This document shows, piece after piece, positions 25,321 through 45,794 of a stretch of 64,000 bases of DNA. Under the pieces are notes generated by a model. That model was not told the origin of the DNA. It saw nothing but the letters and a program-made list of their open reading frames with translations, and searched no databases. This DNA comes from the human T2T-CHM13v2.0 reference genome, Homo sapiens: the NCBI RefSeq assembly GCF_009914755.1, contig NC_060930.1; one strand, given 5' to 3'. The first letter of the stretch is position 1; each line of letters opens with the position of its first letter. Position numbers and translations under genes: made by a program.

Positions 25321-27397
25321 CTAGACAGAAATCAATAGGGAAACACTAGACTTGACATACACTTTGGACCAAATGGACCTAAAGACGTTATAGAACATTT
25401 CATCCAACAGCAACAGAATATTCATTCTTCTCAAGTGCAAATGAGACATTATCCAGGATCAAATATTAGGTAACAAAATAAGACTCAACAATTTTAAGAA
25501 GATTGAAATCATATCAAGTATCTTTTCTGACCACAAAATTATGAAAGTAGAAATGAATAGAAATAAATAATAGGGGAAAATTTGAAAATATTACAAATGT
25601 GGAAATTAACCAACATGCTCTTGAATAAACAATGGGTTAATGAAGAAATCAAAGGGAAGTTAAAAAATATCTTAAGACAGATGAAAATGAAAATGCAACG
25701 TACCACAACTTATGGGATGTAACAAAAGAAGTTCTTAGCAGGAGGAAAGTTTATAGTAATAAATGCCGATATTGAAAAAGAAGAAAGATCTCAAACAACC
25801 TAATGTTACATTTCAAGAAACTAGAAAAAGAGAAGAGCAAACTAATCCCAAAGTTAGCAGAAGGAAGGAAATAACAAAGATCAGAGCAGAAATAAGTAAG
25901 AGATTAGAAAACAAAAGAACACATTTGCAAAACTAACAGTTCAGTTTTTGAAAAGATAAAAACAATTGACAAAACTTTAGCAGACCAACTAAGAAAAAAA
26001 AGAAGACTCTAATAAAATAAGAAATGAAAGAGGAGACATTAAAATTGAAACTACGCAAGTACAAAAGATCATAAAAGAATACTACGAACAATTTTACACC
26101 AACAAATAGGATGACCTAGAAGAAATGGTTAGATTTCCAGAAACATAACAACAATGAATCATGAAAAAATAGAAAATCTGAACAGACTAATGAGTAAGGG
26201 GGTTGAATCAGTGATAAAAGTGTCCTAGCAAAGAAAAGCCCAGAACCTGATGGTTCATGGATTGGAGGAATTAATATTATTAAAATGTCTGTGCTGCTGA
26301 AAGTGGTATACAGATTCAATGCAATTCCTATAAAAGTTCTAATGACCTTTTTGTTTCACAGAAATAGAAAAAGCAATTCAAAAATTCATATGGAATGACA
26401 AAAATCTTAAGTAGCTAAAGCACTTTTGAGCAAAAAGACCAGAGCTGGAGGCATCACACTACCTGATTAAAGATATATTACAAAGTTATAGTATTCAAAA
26501 CAGAAAGGTACTGGCATAACAACAGACACATGGACCAATGTAATGTGATAGAGAGCCCAGACATAAACTCATGCATTTGTGATTAATTGATTTTTGCCGA
26601 AGATGCCAAGAATAAACACACTATGGGGAAAGGACAGTTTCTTTAATAAATGATGCAGGGGAAATCAAATACCCACATACAGAAGAATGAAATTGAACCC
26701 TTATCTCACACCATGTGTAAAAAGCCCACTAAAAATGGTTTAAAGATTTAAATGCGAGACCTGAAAATGTAAAACTACTAGAAGAAAGCATAGGGAAAAA
26801 TGTCCCTGAAATTAATCTTGGCAATACTTTCTTGGTGATGATCTCAAAAGCTCAGGAAACCAAAGCAGAAGTAGACAAATGGGATTACCTGAAACCAAAA
26901 GCTTCTCTACAACAAAGTAAATAACAGATTGAAGAGACAACCCATGGACTGGGAGAAAATATTTACAAACCATACATGGCTAATATCCAAAATATGTAAG
27001 AAATGCAAACAACTTAAATTTGTTAGCAAGAAAACAAATAACGCCATTTAAAACTGAGCAACGGACTTGAATGGACATCTTTCAAAAGACCAATAGATAT
27101 ATAAAAAAGTGTCTACATCACTAATCATCAGGGAAATGCAAATTAAAACAAAACAAAGAGATATCACCTCATACCTGTTAGAATGACTATTATCAATAAA
27201 CTAAAAGGTAATAAGTACTGACAAGGATGTGGGGAATCCTTATATACTAATGGCAGGAATGTAAATTAATACAGGCATTATTGAAATCAGCATGGAGATT
27301 CCTCAAAAAACTAAAGATAGAATTACCATAGGATCTAGCAATTATATTTCTGGATACATAGCCAAAGAGATTGAAATTTGTATTTTAAAAATATGTT

Positions 27398-27614
27398 AGA
27401 GACCAGCCTGACCAATATGGTGAAACCCCATCTCTACTAAAAATACAAAAAAAATTAGCCGGGTGTGGTTTGCACCTGTAGTCCCAGCTATTCAGGTGGC
27501 TGAGACAGGAGAATTGCTTGAACCTGGGAGGCCAAGTTTGCAGTGAGCTGAGATTATGCCACTGCACTCCAGCCTGGGCTACAGAGCAAGACTCCATCTC
27601 AAAAAAAAAAAAAA
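27398..27614 (+). mobile_element. 5'-truncated AluS
   Basis: gagaccagcctgaccaatatggtgaaacccc...gcaagactccatctc followed by polyA. Confidence 0.92.
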
Positions 27615-27619
27615 TGGGT

Positions 27620-28430
27620 AGATTTTCCTCTAATTTGGTTTTAACGTCTCTCTTTGAAGAGTGGCTAGAAACTCTAGCCTGGCTCTGATGGGCTCCAGTG
27701 GAGGTGGTTGTGGTTGTGGATGTTTTCGGTGTTCTTTTCATGGAATACTTCCTTATCCTGATGGAGAGCTAATGCCTAATTGTCCTATTTATGACCAGGT
27801 GTCCCTCTCACTGGAAACTTGTTTTCACTGGCAGACACCATTGTGGCTTTTGTCTGACTAGTGTGTCCAGTTCATTCCTACCAAGATTGCCACTCTCTAA
27901 GGGAGCCTTGTCCAGAAAAAAAAATTAATTTTAGGTGTGTCAGGTGAGACGCCAAGAAGACACATAAAAAAAAATAGTATAAGTAGTTTTATTACTTAAA
28001 GATTCCAGAGAGAAGAGGGCAACTTGCCTCACAGGCCTAATGGGAGAAAGGGCATCCCTTAGAGACATGCATGTGCAACCAGTGGGTGGGTAGCGAGAGA
28101 GAGTGAGTGACAGACCAGAAAGCCAAAGCCCTTATTGGAGTACACAGCATTATCCAAGCAGGGAGTAACTGATTGCTGGGTTTAGAGCAAGCAGGCATGA
28201 TTTCTTGGGAGTTAAGTTGTATTGAGAGGTGTTCACTGCTGCAAATCTGCAGTCCATGTGGGGTGTGGGGATCAGTGGGATAAGTCAAGTAGGTTGTATC
28301 TAGGTGTCCCACACGGAGGTGGTAACCAAGAGGCCAAATATCTGGATTGACCACCTGAAGAAACTGGGAGAGGAGAACTCAAAATTGTGATAAGGGTGAC
28401 TAAGTCCTGCTTCTGGCATGAGGAAGTTCA
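27620..28430 (-). mobile_element. Unassigned LTR-like insertion
   Basis: Block of different composition that interrupts the L1MA, with an LTR-like minus-strand AATAAA (tttatt near 27988). Family not identified. Confidence 0.4.
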
Positions 28431-29104
28431 ATTATATATTGAAAATGAACGCTGAGGTAACATAAACTCATAAGAATTCACTACAGATATCTGCACTACC
28501 ATGTTCATTGTAGCATTTTTCACAATAGCTGAGGTATGAAAGGAACCTAAATGTCCATCAACGGATAAACAGATAAATATATAAAAGGGATATAATGTGA
28601 TATATATGAACCACATTATCTATATAAAATGGAATACTATTCAGCCTTAAAGAAAAAAGGGAAATTCTGTCTTTACAACAACATTCATGAACCTGCAGGA
28701 CATTATGCGAAGTGAAAGAAGCCAGACACAGAAGGACAAATACCACATGATCTCACTCTTATGTGGAATCTAAAAAAGATAAACTCATACAAGTGGAGAG
28801 TAGAATGATAGCTACCTGGGGGGCAGGGGATGGAGAAAGGGGGGATTTTAAACAAGTAGATTTAAATGTTCTCACTATAAGAAAAATAAGTATGTGAGGT
28901 GATGACTGTGTTAGCTGGACTTAATCATTCCATATTGCACATATACATATATCAAAAGATCACATTGTACCTAATCAATATATAAAATTATTTGTCAATT
29001 AAAATAATAAAAGATTGGAGTAATATTTAAGATTTTTTTAACATTTTGCAGGAAAAATCTTGGAATTGAATTTAAAAGACAACTGGGAAGGCATAAATAA
29101 TATA

Positions 29105-29250
29105 GGTCAGTCTCAAAGAGCCCCTCATTAATAAGGAACAGATATGCAGTTTAGTCTTTATGTATTCTAGTTTTTCTGTTGAATGACTCTCAAATCTCTC
29201 CTTTTTTTCCAGTTGTCTTGTACATTTGAGCCTTAGCCCCACGGGAAACT
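29105..29250 (+). promoter_or_regulatory. Candidate OR2J2 promoter motifs (homeodomain site plus O/E sites)
   Basis: ctcatta (TAATGAG on the minus strand) at 29124-29130 next to O/E-like tctcaaagag at 29111-29120, and CCCCACGGGA at 29237-29246, in unique DNA about 3.2 kb upstream of the CDS. Confidence 0.35.
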
Positions 29251-30533
29251 GAAAAAAAAAATCGGACGGCTCAGTAAAACCTCTTCCTTTCATTGTAAAT
29301 GTTACTCACAGCATCTTTTCCCATGTTTGTTGGTGACAAATTCACTGTCATCTCAGTAAGAGTATAACATCATGCTGAAGATATTTCTGTGAAGAGTTTT
29401 GTACTGAGAACATCATACCAGGACAACTCCTTGAAGGGCATTAATTGCAGCTTTGGGATTTATACTCCCAAAGGCTGCAGTCAATGAAAGAGTATCCCGT
29501 TATTCTTTTTGTTTCCATAAAGATTACATTTGCTCTGGGATAAAGGGTCCATCCCGTGATACCTTGAATGCCCTAAAGTATTCCCACATTCTGCTAAAAA
29601 GCAGATCTTTTGGACAAACTCAGGCTCTCTTTTCTGTAGCAATGACAATCACAGTTATTTCCAGACTCTGTTCTTCATAGTTAGATTTAAAACATTGGCA
29701 AAAATGTTATAAGAAGGCAATTAGGTTGATGTTTTTAGGTTGTATGGCAACCAGAGAGCCCCTTCATCAGTTTATACCTGATGAGGTTGTAGGCCAGGTA
29801 GAGAGTGACAGGGAACAGGGACAAACACAGGAAGGTCAGTACTGAAAGAAGTTGGTGCACTTCTTAAGGGGTAGACAGCTTCCATATTTCAAAATTGCAG
29901 GAAGTGTAGATTTTAAATGTTCTTACTACAAAAATATGATGGTTGTGGGGTGATGGATATGTTAACTAGCTTAATATAATCATTCTATAATGTATATATA
30001 CATCAAAACATTACAGTGTACTCCATAAATATATACAATTATTACTAGTCAATGAAAAATTAAGAAAACAAACCAGATATAGTATAAAGGAATGGATGTG
30101 ACACAAATTGGCATAATGTCTCTTAATAATAATTGGGGAAGGAAGAGACACTCAGCCATCCATTTTCCCTATAGTATTTGATTTAAAAAAAGAGAGAAGA
30201 TATTTTATTCTACAACTCATAAAAGCTACATTTGATAGGGTCTTCATTTCCCTCTTTTCCACCAAGAAGAAAATTGAAGCTGAGACTTTTCTCTACATGA
30301 GTTCTGGGGGTTTTTTTGTCCCTTATTTCCTATCCCTTTTATCAACTCCGGAGGAATGCTGAAAGATGGGTCATATAACAGATAGTTATCAGATTCCACC
30401 TTTTAATTACTGTAATAAGGAACTCAGGCAGCTGCATTAGGAAAGAAAATTAGGTCGGCATCAGCAAAAGTATCCACAGCATTTGAGTTCAAGTATCTTA
30501 TGGCATATTACCTTTCATCTTAGGGAGATTTAA

Positions 30534-31086
<553 letters not shown>

Positions 31087-32364
31087 TCTTTTGCCAAATT
31101 TATCAGAGAGTATAAGAGGAAGAGTTGGCTGTGGCAGGAGGGGAGCAGAAGGGGGATGGCAAAACTATTTAGGAATATTGAAATGCTGGGTTCCTGTATT
31201 TTATTGCAAAAACTATATCATAAAAGAGTGTTTATCTTTCTCATGCAAGATTGGTAATGTGCAAGAGAAAATAAGCAACTGAAAATCAAGCTATCAAAGC
31301 ATATTTGAATTTCTTCATTTTAAAAAAATAACTACAAGGTGAATTTTCTGGATTTTATACAATGTTCACGTATCTTTCTACTAATATTAGTTAATGTCTG
31401 TTCAGAAGCTCCATTAAAAATTGTGGAAAACCCAGAAAATACAAATTATAAATTGTGACTCAGAATTTAAAGTATAGTTCAGTTATTGGCCTAAAGCATA
31501 TACAGTTTTGTAGAAACCATGTTTAAGTCTTCTTGTCCTTGTCTAACAAACTTGTTATACATTCTTTCAACTTCGCATACCACATTCAGACCTCTCTTCA
31601 CTGTTGTGCATCCAAACACTCTCCATTTCTCTCTTACCAACCTATGTTTTTGTTAGACTCTGTAATCTTTATGTCTTCCAGTAATATAGTCTCATTTACC
31701 TTTGGAAGCATTCTATCACCGATCACTCTATTTTGCTGTATTAATCAGCTTTGTGTATATTGTGAATTTTTATAAGTTGGTGTGTGCGTGCATATTCTCT
31801 TTAAACTTTGATTTGTGCATTATTTTATTTGTCTAGAAATAAACTGCTAGCATAAATAGCATTTGATTCTTTCTATAATCATATTCAATTATTTCTTTTC
31901 AGTTAATATTTTAAAGTGACTATCTAATTGCTTTTTAATATGGGAAATTCCTATCTATAAGTAAGATCAGTAAGACTGCTGTTATTCCTTTCTCTGTAAT
32001 TGCAAAATTGGAAATAGCCTGAAAATATAAAAATAATTTGACTTTTTAAAGTAAAAAATCATTTTTCATAAATATTGTGTTCCTGATTATGGACTATCTT
32101 AGTCTTCATTAATCCAAATGTTAATTCAGGGATGTATATAAAGAACTCAGTAACTTGAGAAGCTATTGCTTGTATCTGTAGCTGGATAAATATCTCAATG
32201 AAGCATATAAAGGGAACTGTATAAAAATTCTACTACCATTATGGTGCACACTCTCTGGAAGTGGGATACTTTTGTCTTCAATCTGTTTGCAAGTGAGCGG
32301 TTGACAATGCATGGACAGACTTTGAGTTTATGTGGTTCTTTCTTTAGGTATAAGAAAAAGATGA

Positions 32365-33303
32365 ATGATGATTAAAAAAAATGCAAGTTCGGAAGACTTC
32401 TTTATTCTACTTGGATTTTCTAATTGGCCTCAGCTGGAAGTAGTTCTCTTTGTGGTTATCTTGATCTTCTACCTGATGACACTGACAGGAAACCTGTTCA
32501 TCATCATCCTGTCATACGTGGACTCCCATCTCCACACACCAATGTACTTCTTCCTTTCAAACCTCTCATTTCTGGATCTCTGCTACACCACCAGCTCTAT
32601 CCCTCAGTTGCTGGTGAATCTCCGGGGCCCGGAAAAGACCATCTCGTATGCTGGTTGCATGGTTCAACTTTACTTTGTTCTTGCACTGGGAATCGCAGAG
32701 TGTGTCCTACTGGTGGTGATGTCGTATGATCGTTATGTAGCTGTGTGTAGACCTTTGCATTACACTGTCCTCATGCACCCTCGTTTCTGCCACTTGTTGG
32801 CTGCGGCTTCTTGGGTAATTGGTTTTACTATCTCAGCACTTCATTCCTCCTTTACTTTCTGGGTACCCCTTTGTGGACATCGCCTAGTGGATCACTTCTT
32901 CTGTGAAGTTCCAGCACTTCTGCGTTTATCATGTGTTGACACCCATGCAAATGAGCTGACCCTCATGGTCATGAGCTCCATTTTTGTTCTCATACCTCTC
33001 ATTCTGATTCTCACTACCTATGGTGCCATTGCCCGGGCTGTACTGAGCATGCAATCAACCACTGGGCTTCAGAAAGTGTTTAGGACATGTGGAGCCCATC
33101 TTATGGTTGTATCTCTCTTTTTCATTCCAGTCATGTGCATGTATCTCCAGCCACCATCAGAAAATTCTCCTGATCAGGGCAAGTTCATTGCCCTCTTTTA
33201 TACTGTTGTCACACCGAGTCTTAATCCTCTAATCTACACTCTCAGAAACAAGCATGTAAAAGGGGCAGCGAAGAGACTATTGGGGTGGGAGTGGGGGAAG
33301 TGA
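32365..33303 (+). CDS. OR2J2: Olfactory receptor 2J2 (312 aa, single coding exon)
   Basis: Intact 7TM ORF with OR motifs [34 protein letters not shown] and [13 protein letters not shown]. Termini [13 protein letters not shown] and RLLGWEWGK match recalled OR2J2. Splice acceptor ttctttctttag ends at 32347. Confidence 0.95.
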   Translation: MMIKKNASSEDFFILLGFSNWPQLEVVLFVVILIFYLMTLTGNLFIIILSYVDSHLHTPMYFFLSNLSFLDLCYTTSSIPQLLVNLRGPEKTISYAGCMVQLYFVLALGIAECVLLVVMSYDRYVAVCRPLHYTVLMHPRFCHLLAAASWVIGFTISALHSSFTFWVPLCGHRLVDHFFCEVPALLRLSCVDTHANELTLMVMSSIFVLIPLILILTTYGAIARAVLSMQSTTGLQKVFRTCGAHLMVVSLFFIPVMCMYLQPPSENSPDQGKFIALFYTVVTPSLNPLIYTLRNKHVKGAAKRLLGWEWGK

Positions 33304-34222
33304 CAGGGAAATCATGTTGTCTGTTGTCATTGTTTTTCCTAGGGTCTTAGCCATCTTGAAAGGTGGTTTCCCTGCTTCTTTGTGATTTATTTTTGTTCTA
33401 ACAGCTCACAAAACAGAATAGTTCAGTATCACATTTGTTGCTCTTTTTATTATTTAGTTCTGAAATATTATGTTGAGATAAAGTTTCTGATTAGTGCCAC
33501 TTTGTTCTTTTACAATTGTATATTTTATTTCTGTGAAAATTGTGGACTGTGGTTTCAACGTAAATAAATGTGCATGCGAATAGTTATGAGGAGATTATTT
33601 CAAAAATGTTGGGAATATTTCTAACAATGTGCTAAATTATGAACTGATGATATATACAGAAAGAGAAGGGCAATATTGCAAAGACTTAGGCTAAAAAGGT
33701 TTTTGGTTATTGAATAAACCTTAAATGAAGCTAAAAATAGTCACAGCAAAGAAAAATGGTAAACATAATGAATAACATTGTTTAAGATATGGTAAAGGAT
33801 ATATCATAAGTATTTGGTTGAAAGACACTTTTTAAAGACACTAAATTATCTAATTTATCCTGTAGGTCTACATACTTGTCACATTGAACAGTAAACTAAT
33901 ATCTCTTTAAAATGGCTCTTTCGTTCATCTGTCCATTTATTCATTAACTTATTCTTTATTAGCTAAATCTTATTGAATGTGTACTCTCTTCCAGTTTGTG
34001 AAATTCTTGGTAACGTGTATAAATATAACATACTCTGTCTGAACAGAACACACTCTCTGTCAGGAAAAATGGCAACATAAAAGATGAAGTATCTGTGCAT
34101 GGCTTAATTTGTCACTGGGGGTAATGCTAATACATTAAGACAGCTTTTAAAAGTCAGAAACAATAAACTCTGATTACTCTTCAGATTGTATAAATCTTTC
34201 ACTTTTTAAAAATCAAAAACAA

Positions 34223-34390
34223 GGCCGAGCACGGTGGCTCACACCTGTAATCCCAGCACTTTGGAAGGCCGAGTCAGGTGGATCATGAGGTCAGGAGACC
34301 AAGACCATCCTGGCTAACAAGGTGAAACCCCATCTCTACTAAAAATACAAAACAATTAGCTAGGCATGGTGGCACATGCCTGTAGTCCCA
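34223..34390 (+). mobile_element. Alu (left monomer plus start of right monomer, 3'-truncated)
   Basis: ggccgagcacggtggctcacacctgtaatcccagcactt...gcctgtagtccca. Confidence 0.92.
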
Positions 34391-34874
34391 TTGAAGCTAA
34401 ACTTTTTTTTCACTTTACATGAACATTTTGAAATCACTACTAAATTCAATATTTTCAACATATTATTTCATCCGTATGTAAAATTATTGGGATTGCAATT
34501 GTTATGTTTTCTATAATCACATTTTTGAAAATAACCTGAAAATGCTGAAAAGAAAAGTTCCTTATTCATTAACAAAGAAAAATTTTGTGTTTTATGGAAA
34601 TTATCTTCCTTAGCTAGGTTAGAAATTTCTTTCAATTACCATTTACCTAGAAGTCACCATAAAATGAATGGGAAGAACTCGATAGTTATTCTTCTATAAG
34701 GCAAATATATGAATAAAATATAAAATTAAAAAATTGTTTTCTATTTTTTGTGACTTTTTATTATGGTAAAATTTCAAACTTAGAGAAGAATTGCAAAAAA
34801 GTAGTACAAAGACTGACATTTACCCTATAACCAGATTAAGCATTAGTTTACATTTTCCCCCAAAGCTTTGTTAT

Positions 34875-34877
34875 ATC

Positions 34878-34919
<42 letters not shown>

Positions 34920-34936
34920 ATCTCTATCATCTATTA

Positions 34937-34984
<48 letters not shown>

Positions 34985-34992
34985 ATCTATCT
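34875..34992 (+). repeat. Compound (TATC)n tetranucleotide microsatellite
   Basis: Two runs of about 10-11 TATC units separated by a short interruption. Confidence 0.97.
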
Positions 34993-35050
34993 CTTTTTCT
35001 GCACTAGCTGAGAGTAAGTTGGAGATGCCACGTACCTTTACACCAAGTAC

Positions 35051-35354
35051 TTTTTTTTTTAATTATTAGGTCATTTTTATTCCTTTTAAATTTTCTATTT
35101 TGTGTTAATTATTTGTCTGCATTCTATGTACATAACTGTATTGGAGTTTCAGTTTCATATTAAGTTGTATAAACTTTTGTGTTCCAAGGTTATACAAATT
35201 CATATGTATTTTCTTAGTTCATTGCCTCTTATTTTGGTTTGTTACAATTTGTGATGTTAAAAGTCTAAAAATGTGTGCGTGGTTAATACTATCTATTGTT
35301 CATTAACATTGTGGTTTCTTCCTTTTCTTAATGCTATAATGTTCTTTTATTATA
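35051..35354 (-). other. L1 3'-transduced unique sequence
   Basis: Lies between the L1 tail and a second polyA (T10 at 35051-35060), with AATAAA (tttatt 35076-35081), inside the TSDs. Confidence 0.75.
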
Positions 35355-39332
<3,978 letters not shown>

Positions 39333-40254
39333 CAAGACATTTACACCAAATATTTTATTCAATGTTTCTTGTCTAAGAAGAAGGATGTTATTTTACATAA
39401 GTCCTGCACAGTACCCAAATCAGCAAATTTAATATGGGCACAATATTATTATCTAATCCATAGTCCACAGTGAGATTTCTTAAATAGTCCCAATAATTTT
39501 GTTAATAGCCACTTTTTAAAAAAATCCCAGATGATACACTGAGAAATCACATCTCACTAGTCTCCTTCCATCTGGACCAGTGCCACCGCCTTTGTTTGTC
39601 TACTTAAACTTGATACTTTTGAATTGTACAGGCAAACTATTTCTCTCAATTAGAGTTTTTCTCATGTGTCTTCATTATTAGAATTAGTCTGTGTATTTTT
39701 AACATAAATATCACTGAGGTGACATCATGCCCTGTTCAGAGCAGCATCTCAGCAGTCTCATGATGTTGGTTTGTACAAATACAGGTGATCTTAAGATCAA
39801 TAAAATCACTTGGTTATGTTGGTGTCTGCCAGGTTTTTCTACTGTAAACTTCACTGTTTTTCAGTTTGAAATTAACAAGAAAGTTGTGAGGAGATATTTT
39901 AGACTATGTACATGTCCTGTTCCCCATCAAATTTTTATCCACTAGTTTTGCAATCATTTATGTTTTTCTTAACACCATCATCCCTTCTATGTTTATTAAT
40001 TAGGGATCTACTGTTAGGAATGGCTTTTTCTTCACCATTCATTTATTTACTCTTACTTTTTATATCAGTACGAGCTTTATAATTCTTCTTTTGTTAAGTT
40101 CATTACTACTAATGGTTAAATTGTCCTACAATTAAATGATGGCAAGCCCTTCAAACTGGATTTTATTTTTTTTACGTATCCTGATGTTTTTTGGAGCATT
40201 TGTTTACTGCTTTTTGAGTTTACCTGATTTTTTTTTTCTCTCAGGTAATAGGAA

Positions 40255-41190
40255 ATGAATGATGATGGAAAAGTCAATGCTAGCTCTGAGGGGTACTTTA
40301 TTTTAGTTGGATTTTCTAATTGGCCTTATCTGGAAGTAGTTCTCTTTGTGGTTATTTTGATCTTCTGCTTGATGACACTGATAGGAAACCTGTTCATCAT
40401 CATCCTGACGTACCTGGACTCCCATCTCCATACTCCCTTGTATTTCTTCCTTTCAAATCTCTCATTTCTGGATCTCTGCTACACCACCAGCTCTATCCCT
40501 CAGTTGCTGGTCAGTCTCTGGGGTGTGGAAAAGACCATTTCTTATGCTGGTTGCATGGTTCAACTTTACTTTGTTCTCACACTGGGAACCACAGAGTGTG
40601 TCCTACTGGTGGTGATGTCCTATGACCGTTATGCAGCTGTGTGTAGACCTTTGCATTACACTGTCCTCATGCACTCTCGTTTCTGCCACTTGTTGGCTGT
40701 GGCTTCTTGGGTAAGTGGTTTTACAAACCCAGCACTTCATTCCTCCTTCACCTTCTGGGTACCTCTGTGTGGACACCGCCAAATAGATCACTTTTTCTGT
40801 GAAGTTCCGGCACTTTTATGATTATCATTTGTCAATACCCGTGAAAATAAACTGACCCTCATGATCACAAGCTCCATTTTTGTTCTGCTACTTCTCACCC
40901 TCATTTTCACTTCCTATGGTGCTATTGCCCAGGCTGTACTGAGGATGCAGTCAACCACTGGGCTTCAGAAAGTATTTGGAACATGTGGAGCTCATCATAT
41001 GGTTGTATCTCTCTTTTTCATTCCGGCCATGTGCATGTATCTCCAGCCACCATCAGGGAATTCTCAAGATCAAGGCAAGTTCATTGCTCTCTTTTATACT
41101 GTTGTTACACCTAGTCTTAACCCTCTAATCTACACCCTCAGAAACAAAGATGTAAGAGGGGTAGTGAAGAGACTAAGGGGGTGGGAGTGA
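40255..41190 (+). pseudogene. OR2J4P: Olfactory receptor pseudogene, close paralogue of OR2J3 (OR2J4P)
   Basis: 311-codon frame starting [15 protein letters not shown] with an in-frame TGA at 40819-40821 (Arg in OR2J2). LSC has become LSF and GAHL has become GAHH. Acceptor tttctctcag ends at 40244. Lies 7.9 kb downstream of OR2J2. Confidence 0.88.
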
Positions 41191-42829
41191 GCCTGTGTTT
41201 GTGTGATATTAACAATATAATGGAGTCTTTCCTCACAATGATTCATCCATCTGTTCATTTATCAACCATTCTTTTATTCACTCACTCTGTTAGCACTTGC
41301 TGAGCATGTACTCTAACAAAGTCGTGGAGATCCTGGTAACAGGTAGGAATAAAACACATTCAGCTTAAATACCATTCACTTTTGGAGAAAACAGCTGTGT
41401 AAAATCAAGATAAAACATCTATAGTGATGTTTTTCCATGGCACAAACCTAATGAATACAAGAAAGACTTTTCCTGATTAAAAATAAGGCATGAAATTTGT
41501 TGTAAATATTGATAAAAGTGAAGTTATAATTCCTATGAAAAGATGATACTCTCAATTTTAAAATATCTAGAATATGTCTTTTAATTTTTTGCTGTTTAGG
41601 CAGAATACTTTTGTCTTCTATCTTTAGTTTAGTTGAATACACAGCAAAATACTTCAAATCCTTTCCTCCAACACTACTTATTTTTTGTTGGATGTAAATT
41701 TTGAGAGGAATTTTGGTCCATATTCTTTGATATCCAATATCAATAGTAAGACAATAAGTTTTATAAATTGTAGCAAGAGAGATGTTGAAGCAGTGTAGCA
41801 GAAGTCGGCGTCCAAGATCCCTCTTTTTTACAAGGCAGTGAGAAGGATATTGGAGGTGAAAGGAGCTGGTAAAGCTGACCTATGTAGCTTATAAAGAAAT
41901 GGTCATCACCGTCTAGGTATACTTAGGTGAGGTAAGTGCTTGGAGCAACTGCATTACCTAAAGAGCTATGGAGAACATTTGAGGCAAATAGAGAGGCTCT
42001 GAAAATGACTTGAAGTCAATGGGTGTATAAAAGAATTATGTTTAAATATACTGGAAAATTTTTATGATAAAAGCTGTTATATGGAAAATGTTAGTTTATT
42101 TTTATTTTTAAGCTTGTTCTAATTTGAATATTTATAGTTAATAAGTATATTAGGAATATCAATATATGGTTTCAAATAAATATATTTTATAGAAGTTATC
42201 ATTTTGTTCTATATATTATTGTCAACCATCTTCATCTGAAATAATTGCGTTATACCTAGAGCAATTTAAACTGACAGTCGTAGTCAAATGATGTGGAAAA
42301 ATGACTAAAGGAGAATTCAGTATAATGTAACGTACTTGCAATGCCTGAGTTTTCTCTATAACTGGAATGTCAGCTGTAGCTTTTGAGGCCTGTGAGATTT
42401 GGATGTGATTGATTCACACACTATTTCCTAAATTATAAAAATAAAAATGCATCTCGGAACTTCCCTCCAATTTCTAGTGTGACTTGCAATTGCATTGATT
42501 CTGCTGACTTTATCTTCTTTCTGCATCTGTGACTCTTCCTTTATTTCTAACTAGGCATGAAAAATATGAGTCATTTGCCCTTGTCCTTAAGCTTACCCAA
42601 GAAATGAAGAACCAAGAATAGTGTATGTAAAATAACTTTTAGTAAACAATTGAGACCACTTAGGGTAAAACATCACATAAAAACAAATTTTTTAAAACTT
42701 AAAGAACATAGCTTAGCTCTTTGAACTATTTCCTACTATGGAAATCTTACGATTTGTAACACTTCCTGTAGCATCCTGGTTTCTCACCTACTCAAATATC
42801 CTCTCCATCTTTATTAAGTGAAAAGTTGT

Positions 42830-45400
<2,571 letters not shown>

Positions 45401-45794
45401 GAGGTGATAGCTACTGGTGTGGGCCTGAACTTTAGGTCCAGTGGAACCTAGAGTGGTGGGGATCAACCTGAAGCCTGGAACTGGCCTGGTTCTAGAGTGG
45501 AACTTGCTGCCTTAGGGGCTTGTCTGGAGCCTGGGTTTATGGGGCCCAGCTTATATGTGCTGGTCTGGAGGCTAGGCCCTTGGGTACTGGCATGGATCTT
45601 GGGACTACAGAGTCTGACCTAGGGGGCCAACTGGCACTGGAAAGTCCTATTTTGCCGTTTTATTGATATCACTTCTCACTCTCTAAATTTTTTTTGGCTT
45701 TTTAATTTTCTGGGCTCTTTTCTCCTTCTTCTCTTACAAAATATATACATTTTCTTTTATATGTGTAGACTTTTTGTTTTCTTTTGGGAGGTTA

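Larger units (their letters stand above)
25317..29010 (+). mobile_element. Old L1MA element (ORF2 to 3' end) interrupted by Alu and LTR insertions
   Basis: A-rich L1 ORF2 and 3'UTR motifs (atggaatactattcagccttaaa; tctcactcttatgtggaatctaaaaa) ending in an A-rich tail near 29000. Confidence 0.8.

Noticed and set aside
32424-32729. 101-aa alternative-frame ORF shared with 40320-40625
   Set aside because: A by-product of high DNA similarity and codon usage in paralogous OR coding sequences.
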